The notes below the pieces were generated by a model, which was not told the origin of the DNA, ran no database searches, and worked only from the letters and a program-made list of their open reading frames with translations. A program made the translations under genes and the position numbers. This document shows positions 1 through 9,677 of a DNA stretch of 64,000 nucleotides, piece by piece. The DNA comes from a virus, in IMG/VR virus record IMGVR_UViG_3300013111_000325, positions 32,001 through 96,000 of that record, one strand, 5' to 3'. Numbering within the stretch: position 1 is the stretch's first letter; the number at the start of each line of letters is the position of its first letter.

Positions 1-2
1 CA

Positions 3-500
3 GAAAATTTTGGTGTAATGTCACCTTTTAGAAAAGAATTTTCTAATAAAGAAAATCTTGAGCGTTATAAAGAACTCAAAAAAATAGTCAGAGATAATGG
101 TTATGGTTTTATTGAAATGAAAGGCGGTTATCAAGAAGAAGATGGATTTGTTAATGAAAAATCTTTATTTATTCCTAATATTAGACAAAAAGAAATGATA
201 GAGTTGGGTAAGAAATATGACCAACATTCAGTAATTATAAAGGATAGACAAACCTTTGCAATGATAGGTACAAATAAAAGTGCAGGAATTGGTAAAGTAT
301 TAGATAAATTTGATGTGAAAGGAAGAAATATTACCATAGATGATGTTGGGAATAAATTTAAAGATTTCTTTTCTCGTCTACTGAAGGGTTCTCATAGAGG
401 AAAAAAATTCTTATTTAAAATGCAAGAAAAAAATGAAACAAGTATGTATTATTATAAAAAACATGGGCCCCAATGGGTTACCATTTTAGAAGAGGATTAA
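3..500 (+). CDS. Conserved T4-like phage hypothetical protein, probably 5'-truncated
   Basis: Frame is open back to the window edge; GYGF..xGGY.E...E.S.F pattern seen in marine T4-like hypothetical proteins. Confidence 0.6.
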   Translation, partial: ENFGVMSPFRKEFSNKENLERYKELKKIVRDNGYGFIEMKGGYQEEDGFVNEKSLFIPNIRQKEMIELGKKYDQHSVIIKDRQTFAMIGTNKSAGIGKVLDKFDVKGRNITIDDVGNKFKDFFSRLLKGSHRGKKFLFKMQEKNETSMYYYKKHGPQWVTILEED

Positions 501-965
501 ATGAAACTGACAAAGAATTTTTCGTTAAAAGAAATGACATTTTCAGATACCGCTATTCGTAGAAACATACCTAATGAACCTACGATGGAAGAAGTTGTCA
601 ATTTAACAAATCTTTGTTGCTATATTCTTCAACCTGTCAGAGAGCATTTCGGTAAAGCAGTCCGTATTAACTCTGGTTTCAGGTCAGTTAAATTATGTGA
701 AGCAGTGGGAAGTTCAAGTAAATCACAACATGCAAAAGGCCAAGCCGCCGATTTTGAGATCAATGGACTATCAAATAAAGAATTAGCGACATGGATTTAT
801 AAAAACTGTGATTTTGACCAGATTATACTAGAATTTCACGATCCAGAGGGCGATCCAAATAGTGGATGGGTCCATTGTTCGTACAGAAATGATGGGTCTA
901 ATCGCCATAATGGATTAATTATAAACGCAAAAACTAAAGGCAAGTATTTGCCATGGAAACCGTAA
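501..965 (+). CDS. Peptidase M15A (D-Ala-D-Ala carboxypeptidase-like endolysin)
   Basis: LTKNFSLKEM start, INSGFR, SQHAKGQAADF and WVHCS zinc-ligand motifs; GAGGA RBS. Confidence 0.9.
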   Translation: MKLTKNFSLKEMTFSDTAIRRNIPNEPTMEEVVNLTNLCCYILQPVREHFGKAVRINSGFRSVKLCEAVGSSSKSQHAKGQAADFEINGLSNKELATWIYKNCDFDQIILEFHDPEGDPNSGWVHCSYRNDGSNRHNGLIINAKTKGKYLPWKP

Positions 966-1123
966 AAGCATTATTTTGGAAAATATATTTACAGGTTTTA
1001 TTTTTAATAGGTGCATTTCAATCTAAGAAAACTTGGATTGACAAGCACATTCTTTTGTGCTATGATAAACTTGATCAAATTGGGAGTCCCTATCAATATA
1101 GATATACCAGATTTAATGCATGA
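953..1123 (+). CDS. Small hypothetical protein (56 aa, METVKALFWKIYLQVLFL...)
   Basis: Read by hand, below the ORF-track cutoff; fills the gap and overlaps the gp43 start (ATGA). Confidence 0.45.
   Translation: METVKALFWKIYLQVLFLIGAFQSKKTWIDKHILLCYDKLDQIGSPYQYRYTRFNA
1038..1066 (+). promoter_or_regulatory. Sigma70-like promoter upstream of DNA polymerase
   Basis: TTGACA-17 nt-TATGAT with TG extended -10. Confidence 0.6.
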
Positions 1124-3639
1124 GTTTTTATACTAACGTCCAAAATGTAAAAGGTCAAATCTTCTATCGTGGAATAGATGATAAAGGCCGACACTTCAAG
1201 CAAAAAGTAGACTACAACCCTTCCCTATACATCCCTTCAGCAAAAGAATCTAAATGGAAAACCCTTGAGGGTGAGAACGTATCCGAAGTTCCATGCGGTT
1301 CTATAAACGATGCAAAAGATTTTATTCGTAAATATGAAGGTGTAGATAACTTCAAGATTTATGGTAATACAAACTTTCATTATTGTTTTATTGCTGATAA
1401 CTTTCCTGATACAATATATTATGATATCAATCAAATCAGTATTGCAAACATTGACATAGAGACTGGTTCAGAGAATGGTTTTCCTGATCCACAGATAGCA
1501 TCAGAAGAAGTCATATCAATTACTGTAAAAGTCAAAGGTAAATTTTATTCATTTGGTTGTGGTGAATATACACCAAGTGATGAGAATGTGACATATGTAC
1601 GATGTTCTAATGAAATTCACATGTTGCAAGAGTTTCTTTCGTTCTGGGAAAAACTTGATGTTGATATTGTGACTGGATGGAACGTAAAGTTTTTTGATAT
1701 ACCGTTTCTTGTCAATCGTATGAATAGGTTGTTTGATAAGCCTGAATATCAAAGATTGTCACCTTGGAAGTTTGTGAGTGAGAGAACAGTTAATCAAATG
1801 GGTTTCGGTGGTACACGAGAGCAACAAGCATTTGAATTGGTCGGTGCCGCCACGCTTGATTATCTTGATCTATATCGTAAATTTACATACACACAACAAG
1901 AAAATTACAGACTTGATCATATCGCACACGTAGAACTTGGTGAGCGTAAATTAGATTATTCAGAGTTTGACAATCTGCATCAGTTATATAAACAAGACTT
2001 TCAGAAATTCATGGACTACAACGTGAAAGACGTTGACCTTGTAGATAAACTTGAAGACAAATTGAAATTGATTGAGACCGCAGTTGTTCTTGCATATGAT
2101 GCAAAAGTAAATTACACAGATGTCTTCACACAAGTAAGAATGTGGGACACTTTGATATATAATGAATTGCGTGGCAAAGGTATCGTACTTCCACCAAAGA
2201 AAAATACTTTCAAGGAAAATCCATACGAAGGTGCCTATGTGAAAGAACCAGAACCTGGTGCATACAACTGGGTTGTATCGTTTGACTTGAACAGTTTATA
2301 CCCTCATTTGATTATGCAGTATAATGTATCACCTGAAACTATGGTTCTTGATTATCCGCCTCAGGCGGTAACAGTTGATAAATTGCTTGATGGTGAAATA
2401 GATACTTCTTATTGTCAGAGACAGAATTTGAGCATGGCCGCAAATGGTTATCATTTTCGCAGAGACATACAAGGATTTCTACCTGCTATGATGGAGCGTA
2501 TGTACAATGAGAGATCCAAGTTTAAGAAGCAAATGCTTGAAACACAACAACTATACGAAAATGAAAAAAATCCATCCGAGCGAGTGAAACTATCAAAAGA
2601 AGTTGCAAGACTTGACAACATGCAGATGGCAAGAAAAATTCAACTGAATTCTGCTTATGGTGCTTTGGGTAATCAGTATTTTCGTTTCTTTGATGTGAGA
2701 TGTGCAGAAGCAATTACGACTGGTGGTCAGTTATCCACCAAATGGGTTGAGCGAGATGTAAATGAATATCTAAACAAAATACTCAAAACAGAAGATAAGG
2801 ATTATGTCATTGCATCCGATACAGACTCCATCTATGTTAATCTTGAAGACCTTGTGAAAAGTGTATTTGATGATACGAGTGACAAGACAAAGGTGATTGA
2901 TTTTCTTGACAAGGTGTGTGATGGCAAAGTACAAGAATGTATTGACAGATCGTTCAATGGGTTACGTGAATACATGAATGCATATCAGCAGAAGATGTTC
3001 ATGAAACGTGAGGTTCTTGCTGACAGAGCAATCTGGACTGGTAAGAAACATTATATCATTAATGTACATGACAGTGAAGGTGTGCGATTTGAGAAACCTA
3101 AAATCAAAGTCAAGGGACTTGAATCGGTTAAATCTTCAACACCTGCTATTGTGAGACAAAAACTTGCTGATGCATACAAAATTTTGATGAATGATACGGA
3201 AGATGATATGATTGCATTCGTTGAAAGTTTTAGAAATCAATTTGAGTCACTACCACCTGAAGATGTTGCGTTTCCTCGTTCTGTTAAAGGTATTGCAAAA
3301 TATAGTGATGCAACAATGTTGTACAAAAAAGGAACACCAATACATGTAAAAGGCACGATTATACATAATAAATTATTAAAAGAACATAAACTTACGAGAA
3401 AATATCAGATTATCCAAGAGGGTGAAAAGATAAAATTTTCGTATCTTAAAACACCAAATCCAGTAGGTGATACAGTTGTGAGTATGGGTAACACATTGCC
3501 TGCAGAATTTGGATTACATGAATTTATTGACTACGATACGCAATTTGAGAAAACATTTCTTGATCCGTTGAAAGATATATTGAATTGTGTAGGTTGGGAA
3601 TATGAAAAGAGATATACAATTGATAATTTTTTTGTTTAA
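1120..3639 (+). CDS. gp43: Family B DNA polymerase (T4 gp43-like)
   Basis: ExoI DIET, SFDLNSLYPHL, KIQLNSAYG and SDTDS motifs; 839 aa. Confidence 0.98.
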   Translation: MSFYTNVQNVKGQIFYRGIDDKGRHFKQKVDYNPSLYIPSAKESKWKTLEGENVSEVPCGSINDAKDFIRKYEGVDNFKIYGNTNFHYCFIADNFPDTIYYDINQISIANIDIETGSENGFPDPQIASEEVISITVKVKGKFYSFGCGEYTPSDENVTYVRCSNEIHMLQEFLSFWEKLDVDIVTGWNVKFFDIPFLVNRMNRLFDKPEYQRLSPWKFVSERTVNQMGFGGTREQQAFELVGAATLDYLDLYRKFTYTQQENYRLDHIAHVELGERKLDYSEFDNLHQLYKQDFQKFMDYNVKDVDLVDKLEDKLKLIETAVVLAYDAKVNYTDVFTQVRMWDTLIYNELRGKGIVLPPKKNTFKENPYEGAYVKEPEPGAYNWVVSFDLNSLYPHLIMQYNVSPETMVLDYPPQAVTVDKLLDGEIDTSYCQRQNLSMAANGYHFRRDIQGFLPAMMERMYNERSKFKKQMLETQQLYENEKNPSERVKLSKEVARLDNMQMARKIQLNSAYGALGNQYFRFFDVRCAEAITTGGQLSTKWVERDVNEYLNKILKTEDKDYVIASDTDSIYVNLEDLVKSVFDDTSDKTKVIDFLDKVCDGKVQECIDRSFNGLREYMNAYQQKMFMKREVLADRAIWTGKKHYIINVHDSEGVRFEKPKIKVKGLESVKSSTPAIVRQKLADAYKILMNDTEDDMIAFVESFRNQFESLPPEDVAFPRSVKGIAKYSDATMLYKKGTPIHVKGTIIHNKLLKEHKLTRKYQIIQEGEKIKFSYLKTPNPVGDTVVSMGNTLPAEFGLHEFIDYDTQFEKTFLDPLKDILNCVGWEYEKRYTIDNFFV

Positions 3640-3648
3640 GGAGTTGTA

Positions 3649-4692
3649 ATGAGTTTTTTGACAGACATGATTAAGGAGACAGGAAATGAATATGCTGGAT
3701 TGGTTTCTGATGGTGTTGAAGCAGGTGATGTTGAATCCTTTATTGATTCCGGTAGTTATGCTCTCAATGCTTTACTATCGGGAAGTATCTATGGTGGGCT
3801 TGCTGGGAACAAGATTACCGCCTTTGCTGGAGAATCGGCTACAGGAAAAACATTTTTTGTACTCGGTATTGTCAAACAATTTTTGTCAGATAATCCTGAC
3901 GGTGGTGTTCTTTACTTTGAGTCTGAATCTGCAATAACGAAAGATATGATTGAGAGGAGAGGTATAGATTCTTCTCGCATGGTTATGTTGCCAGTTGCAT
4001 CAATACAGGAGTTTGCACACCAATCAACAAAGATATTAGATAAATATCTTGCTGATCAAGAACGTAAGCCTATGATGATTTGTCTTGATAGTCTTGGTAT
4101 GCTATCTACATCAAAAGAATTGACTGACATTGCTGATGGTAAAGAGACAAAAGACATGACACGAGCCGCCCTTGTAAAAGGTGCATTTAGAGTATTAACA
4201 CTCAAAGCAGGTAAAGCAAAAGTTCCTATGCTTGTGACAAATCATACATATTCACAAGTAGGTGTAATGTTTCCTCAACAAGTGATGGGTGGTGGTACAG
4301 GGTTGTATTATGCCTCAAGCAATATTGTGTTTCTCTCAAAGAGAAAAGAAAAAGAAGGAACAGAAGTTATTGGTAATGTGATACATTGTAAGAATCACAA
4401 GTCTAGATTGACAGTGGAAAATAAAATGATAGATGCTCTTGTCACATATGACAAAGGTTTAGATAGATGGTATGGTATGCTTGAACTTGCAGAAGAAGCA
4501 GGTATTTTTACTAAAGTCTCTACTCGTTTTGAGTTACCAGACGGATCAAAAATGTTTGGTAAACAAATTATGCAACAACCTGAAAAATATTTTACAGAAG
4601 ATGTCATGAAAAAAATTGATGAATTTTGTAAAGAAAAATTTTTATATGGAACGACAAGTGAAACAGTAGAAGAGAATGATGAAACCGTTTGA
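3649..4692 (+). CDS. uvsX: UvsX RecA-like recombinase
   Basis: Walker [22 protein letters not shown]; follows gp43 as in T4-like phages. Confidence 0.95.
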   Translation: MSFLTDMIKETGNEYAGLVSDGVEAGDVESFIDSGSYALNALLSGSIYGGLAGNKITAFAGESATGKTFFVLGIVKQFLSDNPDGGVLYFESESAITKDMIERRGIDSSRMVMLPVASIQEFAHQSTKILDKYLADQERKPMMICLDSLGMLSTSKELTDIADGKETKDMTRAALVKGAFRVLTLKAGKAKVPMLVTNHTYSQVGVMFPQQVMGGGTGLYYASSNIVFLSKRKEKEGTEVIGNVIHCKNHKSRLTVENKMIDALVTYDKGLDRWYGMLELAEEAGIFTKVSTRFELPDGSKMFGKQIMQQPEKYFTEDVMKKIDEFCKEKFLYGTTSETVEENDETV

Positions 4693-5320
4693 AATAAATT
4701 ATGAAAAAATTAATTCTCATTATCACATTCAAAAAACAAAAGTTGAAGTATTTCGAGAAAATATTTTTGAAACTTATTATGGTAATACTGAATGGAAATT
4801 AGATTGTTTGATAGATAGAGCATTACAGGTCAAAACTGACAATATTGATGGTGATGTAGCAGAGGTTGGTGTTGCAAGAGGTGGCAGTGCTAAATTATTA
4901 GCAAGTATTTTTCAAGATAAAAAAATACATTTATATGATACATTTCAAGGTTTACCTCATGAAGATATTTTTAGTGGTAAAGTAATTGGTGATTTTTCCG
5001 AGCCTGAGTCAATTGCAAGAGAAACTTTATCTAAATTTGATAACGTTGAAATAAATGTAGGTGTTTTTCCAGATACAATAAATTTAGAAAATACAAATTA
5101 TTATTCGTTTGTTCATTTGGATGCTGATACATATAAAAGCACAATGGATGGATTAATTTATTTTTATCCTAGAATGAATAAAGGCGGAATAATTTTAATA
5201 GATGATTATATGTTTGAAGAATTACCTGGTGTTACTCTAGCAGTTTTAGAATTTACTAGGGTACATAATATAAAATATTTAATACCTGAAAGATGGATGT
5301 GTCTGATTCAAAAAATTTAA
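4676..5320 (+). CDS. TylF/MycF-family (macrocin O-methyltransferase-like) SAM-dependent methyltransferase
   Basis: [37 protein letters not shown] motifs. Confidence 0.85.
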   Translation: MMKPFEINYEKINSHYHIQKTKVEVFRENIFETYYGNTEWKLDCLIDRALQVKTDNIDGDVAEVGVARGGSAKLLASIFQDKKIHLYDTFQGLPHEDIFSGKVIGDFSEPESIARETLSKFDNVEINVGVFPDTINLENTNYYSFVHLDADTYKSTMDGLIYFYPRMNKGGIILIDDYMFEELPGVTLAVLEFTRVHNIKYLIPERWMCLIQKI

Positions 5321-5664
5321 AAGAATGGTACGAAATAGTGCCGAATCCACAGAATGATAATGATGAGCAACAAGCCTTCCGTATAACGAAAGGTAAGTTT
5401 CAAGATGTAATATACAAGTATAATAGATTTGGTGTTAACGAAGAACCAAACGATGATGGTACGTTGACATATAAATTTGAATATGATATACTTGAGATAC
5501 CAGAAGAAATTGTCAATAAAAACTATGCTGATGAAGAAGGTATAGAATTTGAGCAACTTATTGGCGATATTCTTATTGAAGTCATACAAGAAAACATCGA
5601 AGTAAACGAAAGCGAGGATGGAAAGACTAGAAGATACGATTTTAAGGAACCTCTTATACAATGA
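5293..5664 (+). CDS. gp40-like small acidic protein
   Basis: Size and position between uvsX and gp41 match T4 gp40; sequence similarity not verified. Confidence 0.45.
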   Translation: MDVSDSKNLKEWYEIVPNPQNDNDEQQAFRITKGKFQDVIYKYNRFGVNEEPNDDGTLTYKFEYDILEIPEEIVNKNYADEEGIEFEQLIGDILIEVIQENIEVNESEDGKTRRYDFKEPLIQ

Positions 5665-7072
5665 TGATTTTGTCAGAAAATCATTACCATATCTGAAGAA
5701 TGATTATTTTCTTGAACACACAGATAAGATCTTGTTTGAGGAAATTGATAAATTTATTCAGAAATATAATATATCTCCAACAAAAGAATCTCTTGTAATA
5801 GAACTCAATGAGAATTCTAAATTACAAGAAGATCAGTTTAAGGGTCTTATAGAAAGGCTTAATAATTATGAGACAAATAAGAACGAGCAATCAGAAATAG
5901 AATGGCTTATTAACACTACAGAACAATTTTGTCAAGACAAAGCAATCTATAATGCAGTTCTAGAATCTATTTCAATTATTGATGGTCAAAAGAAAACAGA
6001 GAAAGATAAAGGCGCTATTCCAGCGATTTTATCTGATGCACTTGCAGTATGTTTTGATCCCAATATTGGACATGATTATATTGAAGATGCTGAAGCAAGA
6101 TATGAATCCTATCATCAAATAGAACAAAGAATACCATTCGATTTAGAATATTTCAATAAAATTACAAATGGTGGTCTGCCAAACAAGACACTCAATGTTG
6201 CAATAGCAGGTACTGGTGTCGGTAAATCATTGTTCATGTGTCATATGGCGTCAAGTTGCCTATCTCAAGGAAACAATGTTTTGTATATCACACTTGAGAT
6301 GGCGGAAGAAAAGATTGCAGAAAGAATTGATGCAAATTTAATGAACATTACACTTGATGATTTAAAGCAATTACCTAAAGATTTGTACGAAAGAAAAGTT
6401 GCAAGTATAAGTAAAGTGACAGACGGTAAATTAATTGTCAAAGAGTATCCGACTGCCGCCGCTAATACAAATCATTTTCGTAATTTATTGAGTGAATTGA
6501 AACTCAAAAGACAATTTGTTCCGCAGATTATTTTTGTTGATTATCTCAACATTTGTTCATCTGCAAGATTAAAGCAAGGAGCGAATGTGAATTCTTATAC
6601 ATTCATAAAATCCATTGCTGAAGAACTGCGTGGTATGGCAGTAGAATATGATGTGCCAATTGTATCGGCTACGCAGACCACTCGTTCAGGGTTTACGAGT
6701 ACAGATGTCGGTCTTGAAGATACATCTGAATCGTTTGGTCTTCCTGCAACTGCTGACTTGATGTTTGCTTTGATATCTACTGAAGAACTTGAGAACCTTG
6801 GTCAAATGTTGGTGAAACAACTCAAGAATAGATATAATGATCCAACATCATCAAAAAGATTTGTGATAGGTATTGATCGTGCTAAAATGAAATTATATGA
6901 TCTTGAAGAATCTGCACAAGATGATTTGATAGACAGAATGAATGATAAAAAGAACAAGAAGGGTAAATTTAATGCTCCATGGAAAGAAGATGACGATGAG
7001 CCATCATTCGATAAAGCGACTGGAGGAAAAATGAAATTTAAAAAAGAATTCGAGGAGTTTAATTTCTCATGA
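5618..7072 (+). CDS. gp41: Replicative DNA helicase (T4 gp41-like, DnaB family)
   Basis: AGTGVGKS Walker A, YITLEMAEE, VDYLNIC, SATQTTRSG, QLKNRY motifs. Confidence 0.97.
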   Translation: MERLEDTILRNLLYNDDFVRKSLPYLKNDYFLEHTDKILFEEIDKFIQKYNISPTKESLVIELNENSKLQEDQFKGLIERLNNYETNKNEQSEIEWLINTTEQFCQDKAIYNAVLESISIIDGQKKTEKDKGAIPAILSDALAVCFDPNIGHDYIEDAEARYESYHQIEQRIPFDLEYFNKITNGGLPNKTLNVAIAGTGVGKSLFMCHMASSCLSQGNNVLYITLEMAEEKIAERIDANLMNITLDDLKQLPKDLYERKVASISKVTDGKLIVKEYPTAAANTNHFRNLLSELKLKRQFVPQIIFVDYLNICSSARLKQGANVNSYTFIKSIAEELRGMAVEYDVPIVSATQTTRSGFTSTDVGLEDTSESFGLPATADLMFALISTEELENLGQMLVKQLKNRYNDPTSSKRFVIGIDRAKMKLYDLEESAQDDLIDRMNDKKNKKGKFNAPWKEDDDEPSFDKATGGKMKFKKEFEEFNFS

Positions 7073-7284
7073 TAAAAGTATCATCCGTAGATAATGAACC
7101 ATTTTCTATGACTATAGAATATAAAAATCACAGTGTTATTTTGGTCGGATTACAGACCGGAGATGGGTATGATGGAGATTTAAAGGTATTTAAAGGTGAT
7201 CTAGATGTATCTGAAAAAATAGGTGAATATGACATTTCAGGAGAAGGATTGAAAAAAATACTTGACACTATCGACACTTTTTGA
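7069..7284 (+). CDS. Hypothetical protein
   Basis: ORF overlapping the gp41 stop, GAGGAG RBS. Confidence 0.65.
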   Translation: MIKVSSVDNEPFSMTIEYKNHSVILVGLQTGDGYDGDLKVFKGDLDVSEKIGEYDISGEGLKKILDTIDTF

Positions 7285-7290
7285 TAAAAT
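7262..7290 (+). promoter_or_regulatory. Sigma70-like promoter
   Basis: TTGACA-17-TAAAAT with TG extended -10. Confidence 0.55.
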
Positions 7291-7346
7291 AGTTACTGAG
7301 AGTGAGAGTTTCACTCTTTTTTGTAACTCTAATTAAAAAAGGTCTT

Positions 7347-7997
7347 ATGCTCAAATATATTTTCATAATCCTTACTGCATTGTACTTTGGTATTCCATTT
7401 GCATATGAAAAAGCAATTGGTGCTGAAACTAAAGTTATTACTATGAATGGTAAACAATGGCTTGTTATAGTCGAACAAGGCAAAGAACCGATGCTAAAAC
7501 CTCTTGAAAAACCGAGAGCAAAAAAACCGACTATAGTATCAACTGTAAAGAAGGAGCCGGAATGGCAACGTAAAACAGTTAAGGAATCAAAATTAGTACA
7601 AGTATGTGATGATCCTTTAGGGTGTGTCATGACACCTGAGGGTGATTGTCCTGATTGTAAAACTGAACTTGTCAAAGAAGAAACGGTAGAAGTTGTACAA
7701 AAATCAGATTTTACTGCTTTTAAAGAAAACGTCAAAGCACAAAATTCTTTGAATGAAAAAGTTAAAAATACTAAAACAAAATGGTATTTACAAACATATG
7801 ACTGGATGAGAGATGTTGGTCATCCATCATATATCTGTTGGAAAGTCATGCTTACGTGTCAGCATAATGATCCAATTTCCATTCAAGACCTATATCTTGC
7901 CAAATTAAATGCATCAACATGTTCTGATTTTCAACATACATTTAATTTCACCAACCCAATATCATCCTGCCAAAAATCTACAATACTTAATCTTTAA
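7347..7997 (+). CDS. Hypothetical exported or membrane-anchored Cys-containing protein
   Basis: ATG at 7347 followed by a hydrophobic signal-like segment; several Cys. Confidence 0.6.
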   Translation: MLKYIFIILTALYFGIPFAYEKAIGAETKVITMNGKQWLVIVEQGKEPMLKPLEKPRAKKPTIVSTVKKEPEWQRKTVKESKLVQVCDDPLGCVMTPEGDCPDCKTELVKEETVEVVQKSDFTAFKENVKAQNSLNEKVKNTKTKWYLQTYDWMRDVGHPSYICWKVMLTCQHNDPISIQDLYLAKLNASTCSDFQHTFNFTNPISSCQKSTILNL

Positions 7998-8001
7998 TAA
8001 A

Positions 8002-8009
8002 CATAAATA
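8002..8009 (+). promoter_or_regulatory. T4-type late promoter
   Basis: CATAAATA (consensus TATAAATA) in the intergenic gap ahead of a virion-protein-like block. Confidence 0.55.
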
Positions 8010-8034
8010 GTTTGAAACGAGTTATGCAAAAATT

Positions 8035-9273
8035 ATGCAGAGTTTCAAACAATTTATAAATGAAGAAAAGAACTTACATCTAGAACACATAGAAGATGAA
8101 GTTCTCAACAATGGAGTAGATGGCACACGGCAAGCAATAAACTTTCTCAGAGGTTTGAGAGATATGCTTGCTGGTTCATCAAAAAGCGGAAAGCAGGTTC
8201 GCATCACCGTAAAATGGGATGGTGCGCCTGCTATTTTTGCAGGAATTAATCCTGAAAATAATAAGTTTTTTGTTGGTACAAAAGGAGTTTTTGCAAAAAC
8301 TGCAAAACTTAATTATACTCCGGAAGATATCGATAAAAATCATCCTGCTGAAGGGTTAAATAGAAAACTCAAATTAGCACTTGAGTATTTGCCTGAATTG
8401 GGTATACAAGATGTCGTACAAGGAGACATGATGTATAGTCAGGAAGATCTACAGGATGAAACGATTGATGGTGAAGAATATTTGATATTTAAACCAAATA
8501 CTATTGTTTACGCAATACCTAAAAATAGTGATTTGGCTAAACAAATATCAATATCAAAAATGGGTATTGTATTTCATACTAGATATTCAGGTGATAGTTT
8601 ACCCGAAATGGATGCCAATTTTGATATTGATGTTTCTCAAATGACACAAACACCGAATGTTTGGTTTAGGGATGCAGAATATGAAGATGTAAGTGGTACG
8701 GCATCTATGACTGAGAAAGAAACGGCACAAATAACAGGAATTCTATCGGGCGCTGGAAGATTATTTAGACAATTAAATCCGAATATACTTAAATATATTC
8801 AAAATCATAAGGACGTGAATATACAAATTAAAGCATACACAAATACGAAAATACGAGAAGGGCGTCCGATAGAAAACCCTGATGCACATGCAAGAGGATT
8901 GATAGTTTATCTGAAACAAAAATTTGAAAAGGAACTCAATAAATTAAAAACCGAAAAAGCAAGAATAAGAAAGCAACAGGCACAAAGAGAATTTTTGAAG
9001 TTTTTTCAAACAAACATAAGACAATTATCACAAATATTTGAAATGCAAAATATGTTAATTGCATGTAAAATATTGATATTGAGAAAATTAGAGCAGGTTA
9101 AAACATTGACAAAAACTTTTATTCAAGATGACGATGGTTTTAGAGTGACAAATCCAGAGGGGTTTGTTGCAGTAGATAAGTTAAAATCTGACCAGTATGT
9201 GAAACTGGTAGATCGTCTTGAATTTTCAAGACAAAATTTTAATGCCGCCAAAAACTGGTCAAAGGGAGCATAA
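8035..9273 (+). CDS. Conserved T4-like protein (NxHLEHxED family), probably virion-associated
   Basis: NLHLEHIED, TVKWDGAPA, PEGFV and VKLVDRLEFS motifs typical of marine T4-like phages; MQSFKQFINE N-terminus. Confidence 0.75.
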   Translation: MQSFKQFINEEKNLHLEHIEDEVLNNGVDGTRQAINFLRGLRDMLAGSSKSGKQVRITVKWDGAPAIFAGINPENNKFFVGTKGVFAKTAKLNYTPEDIDKNHPAEGLNRKLKLALEYLPELGIQDVVQGDMMYSQEDLQDETIDGEEYLIFKPNTIVYAIPKNSDLAKQISISKMGIVFHTRYSGDSLPEMDANFDIDVSQMTQTPNVWFRDAEYEDVSGTASMTEKETAQITGILSGAGRLFRQLNPNILKYIQNHKDVNIQIKAYTNTKIREGRPIENPDAHARGLIVYLKQKFEKELNKLKTEKARIRKQQAQREFLKFFQTNIRQLSQIFEMQNMLIACKILILRKLEQVKTLTKTFIQDDDGFRVTNPEGFVAVDKLKSDQYVKLVDRLEFSRQNFNAAKNWSKGA

Positions 9274-9666
9274 ATGTTAAAACAAGAAGAGCAATTGCTT
9301 GAAACACTTAATGGTAAAATGATCGATATCACTTTATCCGAAGGTGTAGATACACGATTAAGAAGATTAGCCACTCAAGGTCTTATTGCAAAAGATGAAC
9401 TTGCGTTATTCACAAAACTCATAAAAGATCTTGATGATGGTAAATCACCTACGTTGCCACAACGTATGATGGTAATGAGAGTTTTTGACAAACTTCTGAA
9501 ACTCATAATGGATAATAAAGAAGTGTATCAGAGAGTTTTGCAGACTGTTAAAAAGGATAAAAAAGTGAAAAAAGAAGCATTCGAAGCCACACATACTATC
9601 GTTGAACACAACGGAAAAAGATTTGTCATTGACGAAAATGAGCAATTAGTTCCTTATAATGGATAA
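9274..9666 (+). CDS. Hypothetical protein
   Basis: GGAG RBS; directly abuts the previous gene. Confidence 0.7.
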   Translation: MLKQEEQLLETLNGKMIDITLSEGVDTRLRRLATQGLIAKDELALFTKLIKDLDDGKSPTLPQRMMVMRVFDKLLKLIMDNKEVYQRVLQTVKKDKKVKKEAFEATHTIVEHNGKRFVIDENEQLVPYNG

Positions 9667-9677
9667 TAAATATTCAT